Source: Malacoraja senta (taxonomy: Eukaryota). From it: a stretch of DNA of 64,000 nucleotides. The translations under genes and the position numbers were made by a program. Positions 63,898-64,000 of this stretch are shown here, in pieces; within the stretch, counting starts at the first letter, position 1, and every line of letters starts with the position of its first letter. The notes beneath the pieces are model-generated. The model worked only from the letters and a program-made list of their open reading frames with translations, did no database searches and was not told the DNA's origin. The stretch lies in NCBI GenBank assembly GCA_038087875.1, contig CM075989.1, positions 13,952,001 to 14,016,000 of the forward strand, read 5' to 3'.

Positions 63898-64000
63898 GGT
63901 AGCTTCAAAGGTTGATTAGTGCATGTTAAAAATCCCACCTGAATCAATAACTAATTCTCCCTGGAAAAACAAGAAATGTGAACCGATGCTGATAAATTCT

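Noticed and set aside
33300..64000. COPS2 exons, expected from human synteny upstream of SECISBP2L
   Set aside because: I found no translation resembling COPS2 in the window.

Overview
Eukaryotic, repeat-rich vertebrate DNA. The repeat families (HE1-type SINEs, shark-type CR1, Penelope-derived palindromes) point to a cartilaginous fish, probably a skate or ray; this is inference. The left half holds the 5' part of SECISBP2L on the minus strand: 8 phase-compatible coding exons from the ATG at 32901, inside a CpG island, down to 320, continuing off the left edge. The rest is mostly transposable elements: an intact Passport-like Tc1 (DD34E), a decayed Tc1, a young 5'-truncated CR1, an L1 with a 15-bp TSD, Tx1 and Penelope fragments, several PIF/Harbinger-type MITEs and a fossil Harbinger transposase. 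There is a 200-N gap at 59645-59844. The most interesting signal is RNA structure. A ~130-nt SINE-like element (3 copies) starts with a ~54-nt minimal HDV-like ribozyme fold whose predicted cleavage site coincides with the element's 5' end. A 0.4-kb RTE-derived element carries a second HDV-like fold with a covarying P1.1 pair. Penelope-derived palindromes carry minimal hammerhead cores. SECISBP2L also has an in-frame, UGA-terminated uORF. All identifications were made by eye; no database searches or folding programs were run.
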